A stretch of DNA of 64,000 bases from an uncultured Actinomycetes bacterium (GTDB taxonomy: Bacteria > Actinomycetota > Thermoleophilia > Solirubrobacterales > Solirubrobacteraceae), in NCBI GenBank assembly GCA_963821685.1, contig CAWGEW010000004.1:6244-70243 (forward strand), in the 5' to 3' direction. The position numbers were made by a program, and so were the translations under genes. Under the pieces are notes generated by a model. It did not search any database. It saw only the letters and a program-made list of their open reading frames with translations, and was not told the origin of the DNA. Numbering within the stretch: the stretch's first letter is position 1; every line of letters begins with the position of its first letter. This document shows, piece after piece, positions 56,200 to 64,000 of the stretch.

Positions 56200-58563
56200 A
56201 TGCGCATCGCCCTGGTCTCCCCCTATTCGTGGACGTACCCGGGGGGCGTGACGCGGCACATTGAGGCCCTTGCCGAGCACCTGCTCGCCGACGGGCATCA
56301 CGTGCGCGTTCTTGCGCCCTTCGACCCGCCGGACCGACGCAGCGAGCGTCTGCATCGCGGTGCCCGTCCTCAGGACCGTGAGCTTGCCGACTACGTGATC
56401 CCGCTCGGCCGCACCGCGGGCATCCCCGCCAACGGCGCCGTGTCGAATGTGGCGCTGACGCCCTCGGGCCTGCAGATCCTGCGCCGCGAGCTCGAGGCCG
56501 GCCAGTTCGACGTCGTCAACGTGCACGAGCCCGTTGCTCCTCCGGTCAGCTGGGACGCGCTTGGATTCGACGGTGCGGCCCTGGTCGGCACCTTCCACAC
56601 GTACGGCACGAACTCCGTGACCCACGGCATCGCACGGGCGATGGGCGCCGGACGGCGCATGCGCGGCCTGCACGGCCGGATCGCGGTGTCCGAGGCTGCC
56701 GCCTGGACCGCACGTCGCTTCTTCGGCGGCCGCTACGACATCGTCCCCAACGGCGTCGAGCTGCCCGAGCAGGCGCCGGAGCGGCAGGTCGGAACCGCCG
56801 GTCGTCTGCGGATCGCGTTCGTCGGGCAGGCGGTCGAGCGCAAGGGCCTGCCGGTGCTCCTGAGCGCGTTCGAAGGCCTACGCGAGCACATCGACGCGGA
56901 GCTCGTGATCGTCGGCGCCGTGCCCGAAGAGGTCGAGCCGATGCTGCTCGACGATCGCGGCGTCACGGTCCTGGGCCGCGTCGACGACGCGGAGAAGACC
57001 CGCGTGCTGCGCGAGGCCGATGTGCTCTGCGCACCGTCGCTCGGCGGCGAGAGCTTCGGGATGGTCCTGACGGAGGCGTTCGCACAGGGGACGCCGGTCG
57101 TCGCCAGCGACATCGCCGGCTATCGCGACGTCGTGCGCGACGGACAGGACGGCATCCTCGTCCCGCGCGGTGACGCCATCGCGCTCGCCGAGACGCTCCG
57201 TGCCCTGGCGCTGTCGCCCGAGCGCCGCGCAGCGATGGGCGCGGCAGCTGCCGAGCACGCCCACCGTTACGCCTGGCCGCGTGTCACCGCGGAGGTCGTC
57301 GGCGTCTACGAGCAGGCGATCACCGCCCATCAGCGCGCCCAGCAGCGGGCGGCGATGAAGCCCGTCAGCCTGGTCCAGCGGCTCGCGCCTGCGCCCTCCG
57401 ACGGCCTTCCGGCGGTCGCGCCGCGCCGCATCGCGACGCTCGAGCCGGCGCCCGAAGGCGGTCATGTGCGCGCGAGCCTGCGCCGTGCCGCCCGCCGCGG
57501 TGCGCTCGCGCTCGCAGCGTTCGCCGGCCTCGGTCTGACGGCCGTGGCGCTGCAGCGCATCGGCGTCGACCGGATCGCGGCGAGCCTGCTGCGCTCGAGC
57601 CCCTCGTGGGTGCTCGCGGCGCTCGCGGTGATGTGCGCATCGATGGTCCTGCGCGCGCTCGCCTGGTTCCAGATCCTGCGCGCAGGCCTGCCCGACCGCC
57701 CGCTCACGCGGATGGATGCCTTCCAGGGAACGGCGATCGGGGTGCTGATGTCGGCGACCCTGCCGGCACGCCTCGGCGAGCCTGCGCGTGCGCTGATCGT
57801 CGCGCGCCGTGCCGGCCGGCCGCGGGAGACCACGCCGGTCGTGATCGGCACGATCGTCTCGCAGACGATGCTCAACGTGCTTGCGCTGATCGTGCTCGGC
57901 GCGATCGCGTTCTCAAGCGTGCACGTCTTCGATGACCACCATGGTGCGCTGACCGCGGTGGCCGTGATTCCGCTTGCGATGTTGCTCGCCGTGCTGGCGA
58001 TCCCCGCGTTGCTGCGCGCCGGCAACTCCGAGCGTTTCGCGCGCCTGCACGCGATCACGCGCCCGATGCGCGCCGCGATGTTGCAGGTGCGCGACGGCCT
58101 GCGCGTGTTCCGCGAGCCGCGCGCCGCCGCGCTCGCGACCACGGCGCAGTTCGCCGCGTGGACGCTGCAGTGGTTCTCGTGCTACCTGCTGCTCGTGGCG
58201 CTCGGCCTCGACGCCACGGCCGGCCTCGGCGCCGCCGCCGCGGTCCTGCTGGCCGTCAACGTGACTGCCGCCGTGCCTGCGACGCCGTCCAACCTCGGTG
58301 TCTTCCAGGCCGCGTGCGTCGCGGTCCTGACCGGCGCCTACGGCGTCTCGACCGCCGACGCACTCGGCTACGGCATCGTGCTGCAGGCTGTGGAAATGGC
58401 GACCGCCGTGATCATGGGCATGCCGGCGCTGCTGAACGAGGGCCTGAGCTGGCGCGAGGTGCGCCTGCGTGCGCTGCACTCGACGCCCGTTCGCCTGAAG
58501 CCGTTGCCGGCCGGGACCGTCCCGGTGCTGGGCACGGTCCGGGCGACCGAGACCACCGTCTGA
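56200..58563 (+). CDS. PimA-like GT4 glycosyltransferase fused to a UPF0104 (LPG-synthase-TM / flippase-like) membrane domain.
   Basis: MRIALVSPYSWTYPGGVTRHIEALAEHLLADGHHVRVLAP...GGESFGMVLTEAFAQGTPVVASDIAGYRDVV (GT4 EX7E region). About 400 aa with at least 8 TM segments follow (...PARLGEPARALIVAR...NLGVFQAACVAVL...). Intact 787 aa. Confidence 0.8.
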   Translation: MRIALVSPYSWTYPGGVTRHIEALAEHLLADGHHVRVLAPFDPPDRRSERLHRGARPQDRELADYVIPLGRTAGIPANGAVSNVALTPSGLQILRRELEAGQFDVVNVHEPVAPPVSWDALGFDGAALVGTFHTYGTNSVTHGIARAMGAGRRMRGLHGRIAVSEAAAWTARRFFGGRYDIVPNGVELPEQAPERQVGTAGRLRIAFVGQAVERKGLPVLLSAFEGLREHIDAELVIVGAVPEEVEPMLLDDRGVTVLGRVDDAEKTRVLREADVLCAPSLGGESFGMVLTEAFAQGTPVVASDIAGYRDVVRDGQDGILVPRGDAIALAETLRALALSPERRAAMGAAAAEHAHRYAWPRVTAEVVGVYEQAITAHQRAQQRAAMKPVSLVQRLAPAPSDGLPAVAPRRIATLEPAPEGGHVRASLRRAARRGALALAAFAGLGLTAVALQRIGVDRIAASLLRSSPSWVLAALAVMCASMVLRALAWFQILRAGLPDRPLTRMDAFQGTAIGVLMSATLPARLGEPARALIVARRAGRPRETTPVVIGTIVSQTMLNVLALIVLGAIAFSSVHVFDDHHGALTAVAVIPLAMLLAVLAIPALLRAGNSERFARLHAITRPMRAAMLQVRDGLRVFREPRAAALATTAQFAAWTLQWFSCYLLLVALGLDATAGLGAAAAVLLAVNVTAAVPATPSNLGVFQAACVAVLTGAYGVSTADALGYGIVLQAVEMATAVIMGMPALLNEGLSWREVRLRALHSTPVRLKPLPAGTVPVLGTVRATETTV

Positions 58564-58596
58564 CCTCAGTCCCGTCGGTCGGCTGTCCGGGCCTGC

Positions 58597-58881
58597 GTGC
58601 AGGCTCTACGCGTGGCCGACGCCTTCGTGTACGTGCTGCGCTGCGCTGACGACAGCCTCTACACGGGGTGGACCGTCGACGTCGAGCGGCGCCTCGCGGC
58701 CCATGCGGCGGGGACGGCGAGCCGTTACACGCGGGCACGGCTGCCCGTCACGCTCGCTGCGTCCTGGCCGATGCCGGACCGCAGCGCGGCGCTGCGCGAG
58801 GAGGCCCGGATCAAGGGCCTCACGCGGCCGGAGAAGCTCAGCCTGCTCGCAGGCGCAGCGCGTACGACGCCGCGTGCGTGA
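58597..58881 (+). CDS. GIY-YIG domain protein (UPF0213/YhbQ-like small nuclease family).
   Basis: AFVYVLRCADDSLYTGWTVDVERRLAAHAAG...RYTRARLPV...REEARIKGLTRPEKL. The probable start is GTG 58612. Confidence 0.75.
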   Translation: MQALRVADAFVYVLRCADDSLYTGWTVDVERRLAAHAAGTASRYTRARLPVTLAASWPMPDRSAALREEARIKGLTRPEKLSLLAGAARTTPRA

Positions 58882-59587
58882 TCACGATGATCGTCGCGCT
58901 GCCGCTCTTCGGCGCGGCGAGCTTGGCGCTGAGCACCCCGTCGCTCGCCGACCAGCGCGCGGCCACGCTCGTCGTCGTGGTTCCGCGCGTCTGACGCACG
59001 GCGACGATCGACTTCGCCATCGCGGCCGAGAGGCCGCCGCTCGCCTGTCGCGCGGGGACGTGCAGCACGGCCTTCGTGCCACGCGGGACGGTCACGGTCT
59101 GCAGCGCGCCGCCGCCGCGCGCGACGCCGGCGAACGACGCGGTGCGCAGGGAGGCTGAGCGCTTGCCGGCCGTGAGCGTCGGCGTCTGCTGAGCGACCAC
59201 CAGCGCGGAGCCCTGGCAGACGCTCGTCTGCAGGACGCCGTCGGCGCCGAGCGTGCCCCACAGGCGCCAGGTCTGCCCGACCATCGGGTTGACGCCCTCG
59301 GACAGCGCTGCGAGCCCGCTCGCGCCGTTCGTCAGTGCGGTCTGGACCTTGATGTCCTGCGGCCCGCTGCCCTGGTCGTAGGCCACGACGTGGAACGCGG
59401 CCGGTGACAGCAGGCCGATCCCGTTCGGGGCCAGCGGCCCGGGCTGGGCCTTCGCGGTCACGACCACCGGGACCGTGCGGGCCAGATCCTCCACCGAGGT
59501 CTGCGCGCACGCGGCTCCCGCTGAGGCGGGAACGGCGAGCGCCAGGACGGCTGGGATGGCGACTGCGAGCGAGCGTCCGTGCATCAT
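58838..59587 (-). CDS. Secreted protein of unknown function.
   Basis: Signal peptide MMHGRSLAVAIPAVLALAVPASAGA. 249 aa, with no family recognised. Its 3' end overlaps the GIY-YIG gene by 44 nt (convergent). Confidence 0.5.
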   Translation of the reverse strand: MMHGRSLAVAIPAVLALAVPASAGAACAQTSVEDLARTVPVVVTAKAQPGPLAPNGIGLLSPAAFHVVAYDQGSGPQDIKVQTALTNGASGLAALSEGVNPMVGQTWRLWGTLGADGVLQTSVCQGSALVVAQQTPTLTAGKRSASLRTASFAGVARGGGALQTVTVPRGTKAVLHVPARQASGGLSAAMAKSIVAVRQTRGTTTTSVAARWSASDGVLSAKLAAPKSGSATIIVITHAASYALRLRAG

Positions 59588-59642
59588 CAGACGCGAGACC
59601 GTAGCGCGTAAATCGGCCTCAATGCGCCAGTTCTCGGAACTT

Positions 59643-62600
59643 CTATGACGCGTCGGCCGTGACGGCCTGGGCCTCTTCGACGTCGTCCGGATCGTCGTCG
59701 GTCAGGTCCGACAGGCGCGTCGGGTCCTTGTCGCTCCCGGCGATCACCTCGTCGGTGCGCTGACGCTCGTTGCTCGGCAGCGTTCCCGACTTCATGCCGA
59801 AGTAGGTCGCATCGGGGTGGTGGGCGACGATCGCGAGCGTCGACTGCTCGGGCTCGGGCGCGAAGCCGGGGGAGATGCTCATCCCGATCTGCTGCAGGTC
59901 GAGCAACTCCTCGACGAGCACGTGCTGGGACTGGTCCGGGACGGCCGGGTAGCCCCACGAGTAACGCCGGCCCTGAGTCCGCGCGATGCCGTAGTCGTCG
60001 CGGACCTTCGCGTGCAGCCACTCCGCCAGGCCCTCGGCCGTCTGCACGCCGAGCCCGTGGACGAACAGCTGCTCGGCGAACTCGCCGTCGGCCTCCAGGC
60101 GCGCCATCAGCTCGGTGACCTGCGAGCCGGACGTGACCGCGGTGATCGCGACGACGTCGAGCTCATCGGCGTCCTTCGGGCGGTAGTAGTCGGCGAGGCA
60201 GAGCCGGTCGTGCTGCGGCTGCCGCGGGCAGGTGAAGCGCGTCAGCTCGCGCTCGTGGTCGTCGGGGTCCAGCACGACGATGTCGTTGCCCTCGCTGTAG
60301 CAGGGGAAGTAGCCCAGCAGCGCGCGCGGCTGCAGGTAGTCCTGCTCGCGCCACATGCGCTCGAGCCGCGGCTGGAAGTCGTTCTGGATCAGCTCCTTCC
60401 AGGCCTCGCCCTTCACGCCGCGCCCGCCCCAGTGGAGCTTGAACAGCACGTGCGTGTCGAGGTGGTGGTAGAGCTCGTCGAGGTCGACCGGGATCTCGCG
60501 CACGCCCCAGAACGGCGGCGTCGGCACGGGGTTGTCCGTGCGCACGGCCGAGCGGACGCTGTCGTCGTCGGTCGGGAGCTCCTCGGGCTCGGGGCCCTTG
60601 TCGCGCAGCGCGGTCGCATCGGTGTGGACCTTGGCCACCAGCGCGTCGCGCACCTCCGCGTCGACGAGCTGGTCCATCACGGCGAGGCCCTCGAAGGCGT
60701 CCTTGCAGTAGAAGAGACCGGGCGCGTACTGGGTGTCGTCGTCCTTGCCGTGCGGGTAGATCGCACGCAGGCTGAAGGCGCGGTTGATCGCGGCGCCGCC
60801 GATCAGCACCGGGTAGTCGAGGCCCTGCTCGTGCAGCTCCTGGACGGCCAGCGGCATCTGCTTCGACGTCGAGACGAGCAGCGCGCTGAGCCCGATCGCC
60901 GTGGCGTCGTGCTCCTTGGCGGCCTCGATGATCGTGCCGACCGGGACCTGCTTGCCGAGGTCGACGACGGTGTAGCCGTTGTTGGTGAGGATCGTGTTGA
61001 CGAGCGACTTGCCGATGTCGTGCACGTCGCCGAACACGGTCGCCAGGACGACGGTGCCCTTCGTGTAGCCCTCGATCCGGTCGAGGTAGTTCTCCAGCCG
61101 CGCCACGGCGCGCTTCATCACCTCGGCCGACTGCAGGACGAAGGGGAGGATCAGCTCGCCGGCGCCGAACTTGTCGCCGACCTCCTTCATCGCCGGCAGC
61201 AGGACCTCGTTGAGCGTCGGAACGGCGCCGATCTTCTCGACGCAGAGGTCGATCCAGTCCTCGACGCCGTCCTTCTTGCGGCGCAGGATGTGGAAGTGCA
61301 GCGCCTGCTCGGGCTCCATGCCCTCGGTCGGGTCGGCCGCACCGGCGACCTCGGCCTCGGCGCCCTTGCTCTCGAAGTGCTGGATGAACAGCTCGAGCGC
61401 GTCCTCGCGGCGGTTGAACACGAGGTCGTCGGCGAGCGCGCGCTCCTCGTCGCTGATCTCCCCGTACGGCGTGATGTGGTTCGGGTTGACCATCGCGAGG
61501 TCCAGGCCGGCCTCGACGCAGTGGTGCAGGAAGACGGAGTTGAGGACGGCGCGCGACGCGGGGGAGACGCCGAAGCTGACGTTCGAGACGCCGAGCGAGG
61601 TCTTGACGCCCGGGATCTCCGCCTTCACGCGGCGGATGCCCTCGATCGTCTCGACGGCGGACGGCTTCCACTCGTCGTCGCCGGTGGTCAGCGTGAACGT
61701 CAGGACGTCGAAGATCAGCGCCTCGCGCTCGAGGCCGTGGGCCTCGCACAGCTCGGTGATCCGCTGGGCGATCTCGACCTTGCGCTGCGCGGTCTTCGCC
61801 ATGCCGACCTCGTCGATCGTCAGCGCGATCAGCGCGGCGCCGTGGGCGACGGCGAGCGGGACGACGACGTCGGCCTTGCCGGTGCCGGCCTCGAGGTTGA
61901 TCGAGTTGACGATCGCGCGGCCCGGGATCTGCTCGAGCGCGCGCTTGATCACGTCGGGCTCGGTCGAGTCGATCTGCAGCGGGGTCGGCTGCGACAGCGA
62001 GACGCGCTTGGCGACCTGCCGCATCTGCTCGTCCTCGTCGACGCGCTCGGTCAGCGCGACGCAGAGGTCGAGCACGTGCGCGCCGCCCTCGACCTGGTCC
62101 TCGGCGATCTGCGCGAGGCCGTCGTAGTCGTCGGCGAGCAGCAGCTCCTTGGCCTTGCGCGAGCCCTGCGAGTTGACGCGCTCGCCGACGAGCGTCGGCG
62201 ACGGGTCCTGCACGAGCGCCGTCCCGGTCATCATCGAGCTGAGCCGCTGGGGGCGCGGCTGCGGGCGCTCGAAGCCGCCGTGCGGGGTCAGGCCGGCGCA
62301 GCGGTCGGCGATCGCGGCGATGTGCGCGGGCGTCGTGCCGCAGCAGCCGCCGACGATCGAGACGCCGTAGCGCTCGACGAACTCGCCGAGCGCCTCGGCG
62401 AGCGGCTCGGGCTTCTCGGGGAAGATCGTCTCGCCGTCCGGGCCCTGGAGCGGCAGGCCGGCGTTCGGGATGCAGTGGATCGGCAGGCTCGAGAACTCGC
62501 CGAGGAAGCGGATCGCGTCGCGCATGTCCTCGGGGCCGGTCGAGCAGTTGAGGCCGATCACGTCGACCTTCAGCGACTCGAGCGTCGTCAGGACCGCGTC

Positions 62601-63216
62601 GATGTCGGTGCCCAGCAGCATCTTGCCGCCGTTCGGCAGCAGGCTCACCGAGCACTGGATCGGGACGTGCACGGCCGACCGCCTTGAACGCCTCGCGGGC
62701 GCCGAAGATCGCGGCCTTGACCTCGAGGATGTCCTGCGCGGTCTCGATGATCAGCAGGTCGGCGCCGCCCTGGACGAGGCCGCGGGCCTGCTCCTCGAAG
62801 ATCGTCACGAGCTCTGGAAACTGGATCTGGCCGAGCGTGGCGTCGTCGGAGGCGGGGAGGTGCCCCGTCGGGCCGATCGAGCCGGCGACGAAGAGGTCCT
62901 CGCCGACCGCGCGGCGCGCGATCTCGACGGCCTTCACGTTGATCTCGAGCGTGTGCTCGCCGAGGCCCCACTCCTCGAGCTTCAGCCGGCTCGCCTGGAA
63001 GGTGTCGGTCTCGACGACCTGTGCGCCCGCAGCGACCATCGATGCGTGCACGCCCTCGATGACGTCGGGGCGGTTGAGCACCAGCGCCTCGTGGCACTTG
63101 CCGGCGAGGCCGCCGTAGTCCTCGGCGGTGAGATCGAACTCCTCGAGCGTGGCACCCATGCCGCCGTCGAACACGACGACGCGCTGGCGAACGGCGGCGA
63201 GATAATCACGCGGCAT
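59643..63216 (-). pseudogene. metH: Cobalamin-dependent methionine synthase with one insertion-type frameshift near 62671.
   Basis: The N-terminal Hcy domain reads MPRDYLAAVRQRVVVFDGGMGATL...IIETAQDILEVKAAIFGAREAFKAVGR. After the shift it reads HVPIQCSVSL...GLNCSTGP...GGCCGTTP. The pterin domain, B12 domain (GDVHDIGKSLV) and AdoMet activation domain are all contiguous to the stop at 59643. Confidence 0.92.
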
Positions 63217-63245
63217 TCGCAGCAGACTAGCAGGGATTCCGGCAA

Positions 63246-63267
63246 CCTTGACACAGCTGTGTCAAGG
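63246..63267. promoter_or_regulatory. 22-bp perfect palindrome 30 nt upstream of the metH start. It could be an operator or the terminator of the upstream gene.
   Basis: CCTTGACACAG|CTGTGTCAAGG at 63246-63267, between the stop of the upstream gene (63295) and the metH ATG (63216) on the minus strand. Confidence 0.5.
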
Positions 63268-63294
63268 CAACGACGGTCCCCCAGCCGCCGGCGC

Positions 63295-64000
63295 TCAGCG
63301 CACGCGGGCGCGCCGGATCGCCGGCTGCGGCGTGCGGTTGCCGGCGTGGTCGCGGGCGGCGATCGTGAACCAGACGATGCCGCGGGCGACCTTCGTGAAG
63401 CGCGCCTGGTAGCGGCCGGTGGAGATGCGCTTGGCGGTGATCGTGCGGGTCTTGCCGCGCGAGGGGAGCAGCGTGACGCGGATGTCCTTGATGCCGCTGA
63501 CGGGCTTGCCGCTGTCGGTTGCGCGCACGAGCACCGTGCAGCGCCGAGCGGTCGTGCAGCGGATCGACACGAAGCTCGCACGCGGCGAGACCGTGTCGAC
63601 GGGCTTCGGCGTGGGGACGACCGGGGTGGTGCCGGGCGGCGTGACCGGAGGCTGGACGAGGACCGGGGGCCCGATCACCGGTTCGGTCGGCGCCGATGTC
63701 GAGACGGACGCGCCGGACGCGTCGCGGGCCCGCTCGAAGCACAGCACCCGCTCGCCCGCGTCGATCGCCCGCAGCAGCAGCGTCGCCGATGACGACCAGC
63801 CCTGGAGCGCGGTGCCGTCGGCCGCGGCGAAGCGGAAGTCGATCTCCGGCGCTCCGGGGGCGGTGGATGTCCAGCTCCCCGGGTTGCAGGTCAGCGTCTC
63901 GCCGTACTGCGGCACGCCGGTGATCGCGGGGGCCGCGACAGAGGTCGGCGGCGCGTACGCCGGGCCGGGGGAGAAGGCGCGGATGAACGCGGCGATCGCG
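63295..64000 (-). CDS. Secreted Ig-like repeat protein, C-terminal part. The 5' end lies outside the window.
   Basis: The frame is open to the window edge: ...AIAAFIRAFSPGPAYAPPTSVAAPAITGVPQYGETLTCNPGSWTSTAPGAPEIDFRF..., the xTLTCxPGxW type of repeat. A P/T linker follows, then a basic C-terminal module ...VSIRCTTARRCTVLVRATDSGKPVSGIKDIRVTLLP.... Confidence 0.6.
   Translation of the reverse strand, partial: AIAAFIRAFSPGPAYAPPTSVAAPAITGVPQYGETLTCNPGSWTSTAPGAPEIDFRFAAADGTALQGWSSSATLLLRAIDAGERVLCFERARDASGASVSTSAPTEPVIGPPVLVQPPVTPPGTTPVVPTPKPVDTVSPRASFVSIRCTTARRCTVLVRATDSGKPVSGIKDIRVTLLPSRGKTRTITAKRISTGRYQARFTKVARGIVWFTIAARDHAGNRTPQPAIRRARVR

Noticed and set aside
58597-58881. GIY-YIG nuclease considered as a homing endonuclease or mobile element marker.
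   Set aside because: It is a stand-alone domain of about 90 aa of the UPF0213/YhbQ type. It has no DNA-binding extension and no intron/intein context, flanking repeats or compositional break.
59817-62687. 956-aa ORF on the plus strand, the second longest in the track.
   Set aside because: It is exactly antisense to metH, whose domains are unambiguous. Its product (runs of R/A/G/D/L/V such as VGDDRERRLLGLGREAGGDAH) is typical high-GC shadow translation and has no motif.
63217-63294. Possible SAM/SAH or cobalamin riboswitch upstream of metH.
   Set aside because: The leader is only about 78 nt and consists mainly of one perfect palindrome. It is too short and lacks the multi-helix junctions or B12-box-like sequence.

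Overview
Very GC-rich (about 70% by eye) chromosomal segment of actinobacterial type. The many secreted repeat proteins and basic C-terminal modules suggest a Thermoleophilia-like organism (Conexibacter/Solirubrobacter), but this is inference only. I can support about 57 protein-coding genes on both strands.

I found no rRNA, tRNA, CRISPR array, transposase, integrase or prophage.

Content, left to right:
- Envelope-lipid genes: GT2 fragment, lgt, glpK, plsC.
- A beta-propeller/RTX exoprotein.
- SDR/GNAT genes and a heavily disrupted alkaline phosphatase.
- An acyl-CoA catabolic neighbourhood: two ACAD paralogues flanking a HerA-like DUF853 ATPase, two enoyl-CoA hydratases, an atypical arginase-fold protein, a carboxyltransferase beta subunit, a class II amidotransferase and mmsA.
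- Several secreted repeat proteins: TSP3 plus triple Ig-like repeats, a collagen-like protein, an FG-GAP protein, and a roughly 1165-aa secreted protein of unknown function.
- Two NarL-type two-component systems, one of them divergent from a MacB/FtsX-type ABC transporter.
- A BKACE / CoA-transferase / MerR operon.
- A nit-tetR operon with a perfect operator-like palindrome.
- A block of four overlapping small membrane-protein genes.
- degV, an epimerase and an S55-like peptidase.
- A Grx4-BolA / ErpA / HemQ cluster.
- An AlkP-like membrane protein followed by a PimA-like GT4 fused to a UPF0104 domain.
- metH.

The dominant peculiarity is that about two dozen conserved genes are interrupted by 1-nt frameshifts. 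These are mostly insertions and they cluster in patches, while 7-10 kb stretches are clean. I read this as probable consensus or sequencing error rather than biology, but I cannot prove it from the sequence. I call these genes pseudogene 'as given'.

I recognise no known defence, secretion or biosynthetic system. The most interesting loci of unknown function are:
- the giant secreted protein / FG-GAP operon;
- the DUF853 ATPase coupled to an acyl-CoA dehydrogenase;
- the metal-site-variant ureohydrolase coupled to an enoyl-CoA hydratase;
- the in-frame tandem histidine-kinase modules;
- the small membrane-protein cassette.
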